Shown here: positions 38,225 to 47,473 of the stretch, one piece after another | How the letters are laid out: every line of letters starts with the position of its first letter | Position numbering within the stretch: position 1 is the first letter of the stretch | DNA from: an uncultured Verrucomicrobiales bacterium | Lineage (GTDB): Bacteria; Verrucomicrobiota; Verrucomicrobiia; JADLBR01; JAIBCM01 | Direction: 5' to 3' | NCBI GenBank assembly: GCA_964435495.1 | Contig: CAYSZK010000005.1 | Location: 9,434 to 73,433 of the forward strand | DNA length: 64,000 bases | Notes under the pieces: generated by a model | The model's database searches: none | The model's input: only the letters and a program-made list of their open reading frames with translations | Told to the model about the DNA's origin: nothing | Position numbers and translations under genes: made by a program

Positions 38225-40270
38225 ATGGCGTTGACCCCGCTGGATTTGTCGATCATTTGCGTCCCGTTCGTGGTCGTCTTCCTCTTTGCGCTCCACCTGA
38301 AGCGGTACATGCGGAGCGTCGCCGATTTTCTGGCGGCCAGCCGCACCGCGGGGCGGTTCCTCATTTGCACCGCCTCGGCGGAGGTCGCCGCCTTGTTTGG
38401 CGTCGCCGGCTGGGAAATGATCGCGCGCTCCGGGTTTTGCCTGAATCTTTGGGGCATGTTCGGCGCCATGGTCACGCTGTTCATGATCCTGGTCGGCTTT
38501 GTCGGCTACCGCTTCCGCGAAACGCGCGTCCTTACTTTCCACCAGTTTTTCGAGGTTCGTTACAGCCGCTCCCTGCGCATCGGCGCGGGCCTGCTCAACT
38601 TCCTCTCCGGGATCATCGGCTTCGGCATCATGCCGGGTGTCATGTCCAGGTTTGTCGTCTATTTCGCCGGCCTGCCCATCGAGACCAGCCTCTTCGGCCA
38701 CGCGGTCCCCACCTATTCCCTGGTGATGCTGGCTTTTCTCGGGTTTGCGCTCTTCTACACCGTCAGCGGCGGCCAGGTCACCGTGATGCTCACCGACGCG
38801 CTGGAGGGTGTCATCTCGGGCGCGCTCTACATTGTGGTCGGCGCGGCGGTGGTCATGATGTTCTCGTGGAAACAGGCCGCCGTCGCGCTCACCAGCGGGC
38901 CGCCGGGCCAATCCTACATCAACCCGTTCGACACCACCGGCCACGCCGATTTCAATGTCTGGTACATCCTCATCGGCATCGTCATCAGCGTGTACAGTTT
39001 CCGGGGGATATCCGCCTTCAGCACCGCCGCCAAGTCCGCCCACGAAGCCAAAATGGCCGGTGTGCTGGGCTGGTGGCGCGGCTTCGTCGGCACCGGCTTC
39101 GGCACGGTCATCGCCGTCGCCGCCTTCACCGTTCTTCACAATCCCGAGTTCGCCGCCCAGGCCGCCAGGGTGCGCGAGGTGCTCGACTCCATCGACGCCC
39201 CGTCGGTCCGCAGCCAGATGGAAATTCCGGTCGCCATCCGCGTCATGCTGCCCGATGGCATCCGCGGCGCGTTCTTCGCCATCGGCCTGTTCGGCGTGAT
39301 CGCCAACTTCGGCGCCGCCCTGCACAATTTCGGCGGCATGTTCGTCCAGGACGTCATTCTCCCCTTTCGCAAGACGCAGCTCGCCCCGAAGGCGCACATC
39401 CTGATGCTCCGCTGCGGCGCCGTGGCCGTGGCGGTGTTCGGGTTCCTCTTCAGCCTCCTTTTCACGACCACCGACGCGCTGCTGCTCTTCGGCACGCTGG
39501 CCGGGGCGATCTACATGGGCGGCGCGGGCGCCGTGGTGATCGGCGGCCTCTACTGGAAAGGCGGCGCCACCCAGGGCGCCTGGGTTTCCATGGCCCTCGG
39601 CGCCGTCCTCGCCCTCGCCGGGCGCGTCCTCCAGGAATCCTGGCACGCCTTCCAGCCGTGGGCCGTGGCGCACCTGGGCCCGGGCGGCCTGCAAAGTTAT
39701 CTCGCCGCGCACCCCGACCGCTGCCCCATCAACAGCCAGTGGATGGCGCTCTACATCCTCCTGCTTTGCTCGGCCTCGTATGTCCTCGTGTCGAAGCTGG
39801 CCCGCCGGGAACCCTTCAACCTCGACCGCATGCTGCACCGCGGCCCGTACGCCATCGAAAAAATCGACGAACCCAACGCCCCTAAACTCGCCCGCAAAAA
39901 GTTCTCGTTCGGGGCGCTCATCGGCATCGACGAACATTACACCCCGGGCGACAAGGCCACCGCCATCGGCATTTTCGTGTGGGAATTTGGGTCCAACGCC
40001 ATCGGACTGGCCATCGTCCTGTGGAACATCTTCATCTGGAAATGGCCCGACTCCTGGTGGCTCGCGTGGTTCGGCATCCGCGGCGTCCTCCTGATCCCGC
40101 TCATCGGCCTTGCCGTTGTCGTGTGGCTCAGCATCGGCGCCGTCCGCGACATGATCCGCCTGCTGGCCGCGCTCAAGACCGTCGCGCGCGACGACGCCGA
40201 CGACGGCACGGTCCGCGGCCACCCCAACGTGGGCGAGCCGCCCCCGCCCGCCCCGGCGGCCAAGCGCTGA
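38225..40270 (+). CDS. Sodium:solute symporter family (SSS) transporter with extended C-terminal region
   Basis: 681 aa with many TM helices and SSF-like N-terminal half. Start at MALTPLD. Confidence 0.75.
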   Translation: MALTPLDLSIICVPFVVVFLFALHLKRYMRSVADFLAASRTAGRFLICTASAEVAALFGVAGWEMIARSGFCLNLWGMFGAMVTLFMILVGFVGYRFRETRVLTFHQFFEVRYSRSLRIGAGLLNFLSGIIGFGIMPGVMSRFVVYFAGLPIETSLFGHAVPTYSLVMLAFLGFALFYTVSGGQVTVMLTDALEGVISGALYIVVGAAVVMMFSWKQAAVALTSGPPGQSYINPFDTTGHADFNVWYILIGIVISVYSFRGISAFSTAAKSAHEAKMAGVLGWWRGFVGTGFGTVIAVAAFTVLHNPEFAAQAARVREVLDSIDAPSVRSQMEIPVAIRVMLPDGIRGAFFAIGLFGVIANFGAALHNFGGMFVQDVILPFRKTQLAPKAHILMLRCGAVAVAVFGFLFSLLFTTTDALLLFGTLAGAIYMGGAGAVVIGGLYWKGGATQGAWVSMALGAVLALAGRVLQESWHAFQPWAVAHLGPGGLQSYLAAHPDRCPINSQWMALYILLLCSASYVLVSKLARREPFNLDRMLHRGPYAIEKIDEPNAPKLARKKFSFGALIGIDEHYTPGDKATAIGIFVWEFGSNAIGLAIVLWNIFIWKWPDSWWLAWFGIRGVLLIPLIGLAVVVWLSIGAVRDMIRLLAALKTVARDDADDGTVRGHPNVGEPPPPAPAAKR

Positions 40271-40945
40271 TCAGCCCCCGGCAACTTCCGGGTTCAGCAA
40301 TTCCATGGTCTCGGCGCCAAATCCAAGAGCGAGCACCCCTTGGGACGTCATGAACGCCAGCACGGACGGGCCAAAAGCGATGCTCGCCACCATGGGGCGC
40401 AGCCGCAACGCCCGATGCTCCGGGTAAAACTCGGCAAACCGCCGCAGAGACTCCAAAAACGCCCGGACCTTCTCCACATCGGCCTTGCTTTTCGCCTCGC
40501 AAATCAAGACGGAGGACTCGCCAACCGCCATGAGGTCCAATTCCATCATTTCCCCAGGAGAAACCGGTGAGCGCCGTTTCAACCGGATGCCCTCAAACAG
40601 CACGGGCCCGCCCTGAAAGACCTCCCCGGCAATCCGCTTCAGATTGGGCCAGACCATGTTCTCGATCATCAACCCTTGTGCATCCGTCATCTCCGCAATG
40701 CGCTTGTTGAAAGCCCTGCGTTCCTTCTCAGCCTCCAGCCGGTCCCGTTCGCGCTTGTTCTCAGCCTCCAGCCGGTCCCGTTCGCGTTCTTTCTCAGCCT
40801 GCTGCCTGTCCTTCTCGGCTTGCTGCCGATCCTGATTGGCCTGAATCTGCAGCTCGAGGATTTGCCGGTCCATCCGCGCATTCCACGCGTGCATCTCGCT
40901 GCTCTCCTGGCGGATAGCCTCAAAAACACGGGCGGACTCGCGCAT
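40271..40945 (-). CDS. Coiled-coil + PD-(D/E)xK nuclease-like domain protein with in-frame 33-bp tandem repeats
   Basis: C-terminal ELDLMAVGESSVLICEAKSK fits a D...E.K core. The N-terminal coiled coil (QQAEKDRQQAEKERERDRLEAENKRERDRLEAEKERR) is encoded by repeats at 40700-40830. Start is at 40945 (ATG) or 40999 (GTG); the upstream ORF extension overlaps the sulfatase remnant. Confidence 0.5.
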   Translation of the reverse strand: MRESARVFEAIRQESSEMHAWNARMDRQILELQIQANQDRQQAEKDRQQAEKERERDRLEAENKRERDRLEAEKERRAFNKRIAEMTDAQGLMIENMVWPNLKRIAGEVFQGGPVLFEGIRLKRRSPVSPGEMMELDLMAVGESSVLICEAKSKADVEKVRAFLESLRRFAEFYPEHRALRLRPMVASIAFGPSVLAFMTSQGVLALGFGAETMELLNPEVAGG

Positions 40946-41039
40946 GAAGTGCGCCAGTGCATCCTCGACTTTGGATACGCGTTCCTCGAGTTCGACCACG
41001 CCCAGAGGATACCCGCTCCGGCCCGCGGCTGCAAGCCGC

Positions 41040-41300
41040 CGGGTACGCAACCGGCCTCTTTGGCAAGTGGCACCTCGGGCCGCCCGAACGCGGTCCGCCG
41101 CGCGATCAGGGCTTCGACGTGTACTTCGATTCCCACGAATCGAATCCCTCCGCCGCGACGGGCCCGTGCAGGCGGACCCCAAGGGCATCTTCAGCCTCAC
41201 GGCCGCCGCGGCGGCGTTCATGGAAACCAACGCGGCCGCCGGCACGCCGTTCTTCGCGGTGGTCTCCCATCACGGCCTTGCCCAAAGCATTCCGGACAAG
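41040..41300 (+). pseudogene. Sulfatase gene remnant (frameshifted internal fragment)
   Basis: One frame encodes [31 protein letters not shown] (the GY.TG.FGKWHLG ... GFD sulfatase block). A second frame encodes [18 protein letters not shown] (PFFLY..HH.PH-like block). The order is as in arylsulfatases, but there is no CxPxR region and no intact ORF. Confidence 0.55.
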
Positions 41301-41497
41301 CGGGACGAACTTCTTGGCGCCCTTCGGGAATGGTCCGGCGCCGTGGGCGCAAAGCTGCCCTCGAAACCGGACGCGAACGCGCCGCGTGGCGCGGGGGATA
41401 AGGGCGACAGAAAGGCCGCGGAAAAGGCCGGCGAAGCGGGGGCCAATTGGTCCCAAAACCGCAAGCCCATCCACCGCGGCCACGGCGCCCGGCCGCG

Positions 41498-42730
41498 CTA
41501 CCGCCCGCCGGAGAACGGCGCCGGGAGCGCGATCCTGCCGCCGGAAAACGCCAAGTCCACCGGTTCCGGAGCGACTTCGCAACGGGGATGCGCGCGTAAT
41601 TCTTCCCCCAAATCCGGCGTCACATAGAGGGTCTCCAGGTGCAGGGTGTTGGGGATGAACATCCAGCGCGTGTCCCCATACCGCTCCCGCAACCGCGCCA
41701 CAAGCTCCTCGTCATCGCGCAGGGTGCACGGAATGGCCATCCGCCGCATATCCCCGGTCGTGAACACGTTGAGGAAGGTCTTTTGCTCGTTGATCGCGTC
41801 CCGCAGCCGTTGGGTGATGAAATCGGCGAGCCCGACTCCGATGGCGTTGCCCTGCGAGGCCGCGGCCAGGTTCAAGGCCGCGATCACCTGGATGAAGGGG
41901 CGGGTGAGGTCCTCCCCGCCCCGCACCCCGCGGAACCCGATCACGTTGGTGTCCATGCCGGTCCCGCTGTAGGTCTTGCCGATCTCGTCCACCACCAGCA
42001 CCTTCAGTTCGTCCACCGGGAGCTGGGGGAAATAATGCCGGTGCCGCTCCAGCAGCGCCCGTTCCTTCTCGATGATTTCCGCGGGGCGCAGCGCGTGCAA
42101 TTCCGCCGTCTGGTCGTTGCCGTCCTCGAGGATCGCGAGCCCGGCGAAAATCCGGCCCGACGCGAGCATGCACCGCCCCATTTCGACCAGCATGTCCTTG
42201 CGCGCTTCCGGCTTGGCCGTGTGAAACGTGGTCGCCGATGGGATTTTGCCCATCCCGATCACCATCATCTTCACCAACCCGCTCTGCAACGGCCCGGAAA
42301 AGCAGGTGTGCAGCTTCACCCGGTTCAGCACCAGCACGCCCGCGGCCTCAAAACAGTTCCGGTCCATCCAGACGTCGCCCGTGGAGACGGTTCCGACTTT
42401 CACCACATCCATGCTCGAGCGGATTTCCATGCCCAGGAACGCTTCGGTCATGCCCAGCGACTCGACCATGGCCCGCTGGCCCTCCGCGGTCCCGCCGTTG
42501 TGCGATCCCATGCACGGCGCCAGAAACGGGCGCGCCCCGCGCTTGCGCAGCCAGTCCCCGGCCGCCTTGGTAATCAACGCAATGTTTGAGATTCCCCGGC
42601 TCCCGCCCGTGATCGCCACGTCCCCCTTCGGCGGGTCCATCCCCGGCGCGTCGAGTTGCCGATGGACCTCCGCCTCAAGGTCAGGGATCGGATGCAACAC
42701 AAGATGCTGGGTGACGCGGTGCAGTTTCAT
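41498..42730 (-). CDS. Hypothetical protein, possibly LarA/DUF2088-like (nickel-pincer-type racemase superfamily); unassigned
   Basis: 410 aa. Loose resemblance to LarA blocks ([43 protein letters not shown]). No lar accessory genes in the window. Confidence 0.35.
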   Translation of the reverse strand: MKLHRVTQHLVLHPIPDLEAEVHRQLDAPGMDPPKGDVAITGGSRGISNIALITKAAGDWLRKRGARPFLAPCMGSHNGGTAEGQRAMVESLGMTEAFLGMEIRSSMDVVKVGTVSTGDVWMDRNCFEAAGVLVLNRVKLHTCFSGPLQSGLVKMMVIGMGKIPSATTFHTAKPEARKDMLVEMGRCMLASGRIFAGLAILEDGNDQTAELHALRPAEIIEKERALLERHRHYFPQLPVDELKVLVVDEIGKTYSGTGMDTNVIGFRGVRGGEDLTRPFIQVIAALNLAAASQGNAIGVGLADFITQRLRDAINEQKTFLNVFTTGDMRRMAIPCTLRDDEELVARLRERYGDTRWMFIPNTLHLETLYVTPDLGEELRAHPRCEVAPEPVDLAFSGGRIALPAPFSGGR

Positions 42731-42842
42731 GGCTGGCTCCTATGGCTCCTCCTCCATGGTTAGCGGCAAGACGCGCCGCCCGCAAGGCCGCGCCGTTCCC
42801 CCGGCACTTGACCGCCCGGCGCGGCGCTTTTACGCTGTTGCC

Positions 42843-43061
42843 ATGACCAAGGAAAATCTGGACGCGGCACTTGAGCGGGGCACGCCTTTCACGATCCACA
42901 TGGCGGATGGCAAGGAGTACACCGTGCCGCACCGGGATTTCATCTCTTTCTCACAAAGGGGAACATCCGTGATTGTCTCGACCGCCGACGACCGCTTTCA
43001 CGTCCTGCCCCTGCTCACGATGACCGGAATCACCCAGGACTTCCCGGCCGCGTCGCGTTAG
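42843..43061 (+). CDS. Small hypothetical protein (72 aa)
   Basis: ATG-initiated, non-low-complexity sequence in an otherwise empty 340-bp gap; no recognisable domain. Confidence 0.3.
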   Translation: MTKENLDAALERGTPFTIHMADGKEYTVPHRDFISFSQRGTSVIVSTADDRFHVLPLLTMTGITQDFPAASR

Positions 43062-43071
43062 CCGGAACACC

Positions 43072-45015
43072 TCACATTCCCGCGCCCACCAGCAGCGCGC
43101 ACGCGTGCCGCGGAAGCGCCAGTTCCTTGAGCGCCTCGCTCGTGGAATACGTCCGCCCCGACCACACGTCCCGCCACGACGCCACGGGCAGTTGCAGCAA
43201 CTTGGCGTCCGCCGCCGGCGCGCGCTCCTCCCCGGTCCAGTTAAAGAGCCCAAGCAACAGGCCTTCGTCCGATCTCCGCAGCACCACCCGCGGCAGGTCG
43301 CCCTCCCAGCTTTCGACCCGTCCCGGCACGCCGTCCACGAGAGGTGCGATGCTCTTGAGAATCTCCAGGCCCGCGCCGTTGAGGCAGGCGATCCGGTCGG
43401 ACAACACCACCGCCCCGCCGCTCAACACCACCACCGCCGCCCACACCCGCACCTCGTCCAGGGTGAACACCGGCTCCGCCTTCCGGCGCGAGTTGTTCGC
43501 GTCATCGTCGTGCGGCGGGTCCAGGCGGTCCCGGTGCGCCGTCTCCGGCCCGCGCACGACCAGAAAGTCCGGGTCGTTGAGCCAGAGCCGCCCGTGGGTG
43601 AACTGGTTCAGAAACGCGTTGCGCGCGCACTTGACCAGCGAGCTCCACCTCACCGCGATGTCGGCGCTCACCCGCGAAGCGTCCATCAACCCGGCGCCCG
43701 TCGCCCAGATCGACCCGCAGCCCAGCCAGAAACTCTCCTCCCCAATCGCCGCCCGGATCGCCGTCATGCACCGGCGGTGCGCCCGCTGCAGCCCCATCTC
43801 CGGCCGGTGCCACGACAGTTTCCCGAAAAAATCCGGTTCCACGCCGCGCGGCAGCTTCAGCGGGTTCACCAGAAAATCCGTCTTGAAGTACCGGTAGCCC
43901 CAGCCTCGGAACTTCCGCCACATCCGATAGACATGGTCCACGACCTCGTCCCGCGTCGGGTCGAGATAACAGCGATTGCCCCACGGCGGTCCGCAACCGG
44001 TCAGGGCAAACGGCGAATACGGCGCCCCTTCGTGCCGCACGCAGTACTCCGGGTGCGCGTCCATGATCGGCGCCCCCTTTTCGGTAAAGAACGGCGCCGC
44101 CCACAGCCCCGGGATGAACCCCGCTTTGCGGATTTCCCCCGCCAGCCATTCCATTCCCTTCCCAAACCGTGGGTTCGCGTCCCATTTGCCAACGAAATCC
44201 TCCCATCCGTCGTCGATCACCACGTACCGGACCCAGCCGCGCAGCCAGTCGTGCTTCCGCAGTTCTTCGATGTTTTCGAGGACCGCCTCCTGGTCCACCT
44301 CCAGATGGTAGTAATCCCACGAGTTCCATGCCACATGGCAGGGCGTCTCCCGCGCGTCCCGCCGGGTCGTCCGGAAACTGTCCGGCCCCGCCAGCCCGGC
44401 CTCGGCATCGCACTTCAAGTGCAGGGCGAACGGATCGTTCTCCCAAACCTCCCCAGGCCCAATCTCCACGTTCGCGCGGCTCGTCAGGGCCGCCTCCCCG
44501 TCGAACGTAAACCGCTGGAGCCACGCCGCCGGCAGTTTCACGCCCCACGCCATCGCCTCCCGTTCCCCACCCACCGGATGAACCGCCGTCCGCCAATACT
44601 CCGCCGTGTCCTCCGGCGTCGGGGCATCAAACGGCAGAATCGTACACGCCCCCCACACATCATACGGCAGGCTCCGTCGCACCACCGGTTCCCCACCAAG
44701 CCAGCCCGCCGTCCGCCGGCTGCGCCAGACCCATTCCCCGAGCCGCACAGTCCGGCGCTCCCTCGGAATCAACCGCGCCCGCACCACCGCGAACGCGCCC
44801 TCGCCGGCGATCTCGATCACCGCGTCAAAAGCCTCGCCGCGGCACTCGAGCCGCAACCCCGCCCCACGCGTCTCCTCGACCCTGCCCTCCAGCGGATTCC
44901 ATGAAGCGGCCCCGCCGTCCTTCGTCCAACGCACCTCGGGCAGAATCTCCAGTTGCCTGTCCCCGCATCGGAATACCAGGGCGCCTTCGGCCAGATGAAA
45001 ATGGGTTGGGGTCAT
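43072..45015 (-). CDS. GH36-type alpha-galactosidase-like glycoside hydrolase
   Basis: HVAWNSWDYY, VVIDDGWED, nucleophile-like YFKTDFLV and acid/base-like WLNDPDFLVV. Confidence 0.7.
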   Translation of the reverse strand: MTPTHFHLAEGALVFRCGDRQLEILPEVRWTKDGGAASWNPLEGRVEETRGAGLRLECRGEAFDAVIEIAGEGAFAVVRARLIPRERRTVRLGEWVWRSRRTAGWLGGEPVVRRSLPYDVWGACTILPFDAPTPEDTAEYWRTAVHPVGGEREAMAWGVKLPAAWLQRFTFDGEAALTSRANVEIGPGEVWENDPFALHLKCDAEAGLAGPDSFRTTRRDARETPCHVAWNSWDYYHLEVDQEAVLENIEELRKHDWLRGWVRYVVIDDGWEDFVGKWDANPRFGKGMEWLAGEIRKAGFIPGLWAAPFFTEKGAPIMDAHPEYCVRHEGAPYSPFALTGCGPPWGNRCYLDPTRDEVVDHVYRMWRKFRGWGYRYFKTDFLVNPLKLPRGVEPDFFGKLSWHRPEMGLQRAHRRCMTAIRAAIGEESFWLGCGSIWATGAGLMDASRVSADIAVRWSSLVKCARNAFLNQFTHGRLWLNDPDFLVVRGPETAHRDRLDPPHDDDANNSRRKAEPVFTLDEVRVWAAVVVLSGGAVVLSDRIACLNGAGLEILKSIAPLVDGVPGRVESWEGDLPRVVLRRSDEGLLLGLFNWTGEERAPAADAKLLQLPVASWRDVWSGRTYSTSEALKELALPRHACALLVGAGM

Positions 45016-45134
45016 AACCTTCCGGCTCCACTGGGGATCACTGCCGCCCCTGTCAACGCATTCTTCCGCCAGACAGGCCGGCCGGTTCTTCCGATGGCAA
45101 AAGGCAAGGACCGCCTATTTGGCGGACTTGGCGC

Positions 45135-45896
45135 TCACACCGCCGCTTTGCAGATCGCCGCGAATCCGGCGGCTTCCAGGCTGGCCCCGCCCACCAGCGC
45201 GCCATCCACGTCCGGCTGCGAAAGAAGTTCCTTCGCGTTGTCCGCCTTCACGGAGCCGCCATACTGGATGCGGATGCACGATGCCGCGCCGCCTCCGAAC
45301 AGATTGGAAAGTTCCGACCGAATCCACGCGTGCACCTCCTGCGCCTGCGCCGGCGTCGCCACCCGGCCCGTGCCAATCGCCCATACCGGCTCGTAGGCCA
45401 GCACCAGCCGCGCCGTGTCGCCCGCCGACAAACCCGCCAGACCGCCAGCAACCTGCGTGCGCACGAGTTTCTCCGTACCGCCCGCGTCCCGCACGTCAAG
45501 GGTCTCGCCCACGCACAGGATGGGAATCAAGTTCGCCGCCTGGGCCGCCTTCACCTTCTGGTTCACCAGCGCGTCGGTTTCGCCAAAATACTGGCGCCGC
45601 TCCGAGTGCCCCACGATCACGAACCGGCACCCGGCATCGACCAGCATCGCCGCGGAAATCTCGCCCGTGAACGCCCCGCTCTTTTCCTGGTGCAGGTTTT
45701 GCGCGCCGAGCGCCACATGGGCCATGCCGCCCAGCGCGCCTTTCACCGCCGCCAGCGCGGTGAAGGGCGGGCAGAGCACCATGTCGCACCCGTTGAAGGA
45801 CCCGATTTGCTTGAGAAAGTCCGAAGCCAGAACCGCCGCTTCCGCGCCGGTCTTGTTCATTTTCCAGTTGCCCGCGATGATTTTGCGTCGTGCCAT
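45135..45896 (-). CDS. tpiA: Triosephosphate isomerase
   Basis: [27 protein letters not shown] and YGGSV motifs. ATG at 45896; the six-frame ORF extends spuriously to 46220. Confidence 0.9.
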   Translation of the reverse strand: MARRKIIAGNWKMNKTGAEAAVLASDFLKQIGSFNGCDMVLCPPFTALAAVKGALGGMAHVALGAQNLHQEKSGAFTGEISAAMLVDAGCRFVIVGHSERRQYFGETDALVNQKVKAAQAANLIPILCVGETLDVRDAGGTEKLVRTQVAGGLAGLSAGDTARLVLAYEPVWAIGTGRVATPAQAQEVHAWIRSELSNLFGGGAASCIRIQYGGSVKADNAKELLSQPDVDGALVGGASLEAAGFAAICKAAV

Positions 45897-46110
45897 AGTG
45901 AACCGCGACATTCCCCGCCTTCGCGCGGAAAGCAATCCCAAAAGCCGGGGCGTTCCACCCTTGGCGCCACCCTGCCCGGACGCGGAAATTCCGCCCCCGA
46001 AAGCGCTGGTTCCATTAGATGGCGGATCAATTATGGACATCTTTCTAATACCATGATCCGCGCGCCATCCCCGCGTTGACAGGGCGCCGGATTGCGTCAC
46101 CCTCGGCGCT

Positions 46111-47349
46111 ATGAAAGCCTTCGGCATCCGGCCCGCGCTCCCTCTGGCCGCCCTTGTGCTCCTGCTCGCGCAGGGCGCCCGCGCCCAGTTCACCAACTTG
46201 TTCACGTTCACCGGAAGCAACGGGGAGAATCCCTACGGCGCGCCATTGATCGCGGACGGCTACCTCTACGGAACCACCAGCGGCCGCGCGACGCTTGGAA
46301 TGGGGACTATTTTCCGGATGGACCTGTCCGGTTCCAACAACACCATCCTCCATTCCTTCCCGAGCAGCTACACCGCCGCGGACGGCGCGCAGCCCCGCGG
46401 CGATCTGTTGCGTGTCGGCGGCACGCTGTACGGCTCGACCTATTACGGCGGCGCCAACTCGCCCTCGACGGGGTTCGGCACCCTTTTCAAGATGGACCTC
46501 AACGGCTCGAACTATTCCCTCCTGCACGTTTTCACCAACCAGCCGGGCAACGGCCAGTTGCCCGGCTATGGCAGCCTGGCGTTTGACGCGGGATACCTGT
46601 ACGGCACCACGACTGGGGGAGGGGCCAGCAACAACGGCGCCGTCTTCCGGATCGGCACCAACGGCGCCGGTTTTACGTTGCTTCACAGTTTCACGGGTGC
46701 CGCAGGCGGGCAATCGCCGGAAAACGAGGTTGTTCTCGTTGGCGGCAGGCTCTATGGCACCACAACCTCCGGCGGTTCCAATAGCGCGGGAACGGTGTTC
46801 AGCATGGCCGCTGACGGCTCCGGTTTCACCGTCATCCATCACTTTCGCGGCGGCACCAATGGCTCGTTGCCGCGCGGTTCGCTGGCATTCAAGAACGGCA
46901 AACTCTACGGCACCACCGAAGGCGGTGGCGCCAGCAGCGACGGTATCCTCTATCGCCTCGACACCAACGGCGCCAACTTCGAGATTCTCCACCCGTTCAC
47001 GGGGAATCCTTCCGACGGCAGTTCGCCCAAGTACGGCGGGTTGCTGGATGGCGGCCAGTATCTCTACGGCATGACCTTTGATGGCGGCACGAACAACCGC
47101 GGCGCCATCTTCCAGCTCGATCCCGATGGCGGATACGCGGTTCTGCACTCCTTCACCGCCAGCCAGGGCCGCTACCCCTACGGCGGCCTGGCACTCGACA
47201 ACAACATCCTCTACGGAATGACCGCCAATGGCGGTTCCGCCGACGATGGCACCCTCTTTGCCTTCAGGATTCCTGAGCCCGCCGCCGCCGTTGCCCTCGC
47301 TCTCGCCGCCGGTGCCACGCTCCTCCGGCGCCGGCGCACGGCGCAATAG
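46111..47349 (+). CDS. PEP-CTERM protein with ~8 GloVer-type (choice-of-anchor tandem) repeats
   Basis: Signal peptide. Repeating units of the form [FL]xxxGSNGxxPxxxLxxxGxxLYGTTxxGGxxxxGT[VI]F. C-terminal [23 protein letters not shown] (PEP motif + TM + basic tail). Confidence 0.75.
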   Translation: MKAFGIRPALPLAALVLLLAQGARAQFTNLFTFTGSNGENPYGAPLIADGYLYGTTSGRATLGMGTIFRMDLSGSNNTILHSFPSSYTAADGAQPRGDLLRVGGTLYGSTYYGGANSPSTGFGTLFKMDLNGSNYSLLHVFTNQPGNGQLPGYGSLAFDAGYLYGTTTGGGASNNGAVFRIGTNGAGFTLLHSFTGAAGGQSPENEVVLVGGRLYGTTTSGGSNSAGTVFSMAADGSGFTVIHHFRGGTNGSLPRGSLAFKNGKLYGTTEGGGASSDGILYRLDTNGANFEILHPFTGNPSDGSSPKYGGLLDGGQYLYGMTFDGGTNNRGAIFQLDPDGGYAVLHSFTASQGRYPYGGLALDNNILYGMTANGGSADDGTLFAFRIPEPAAAVALALAAGATLLRRRRTAQ

Positions 47350-47473
47350 GCCGCCCAACCCCCAGGATCCCGCGCGCGAGGGCGGGGATTGGGTTTGGTT
47401 GTCGCTTCTCTTGGCGGGTTCAAAGCTCCGCCATGGCGGCGCAGTTCTAGGCGTTTCGCGCGGTCTCCCCCGC

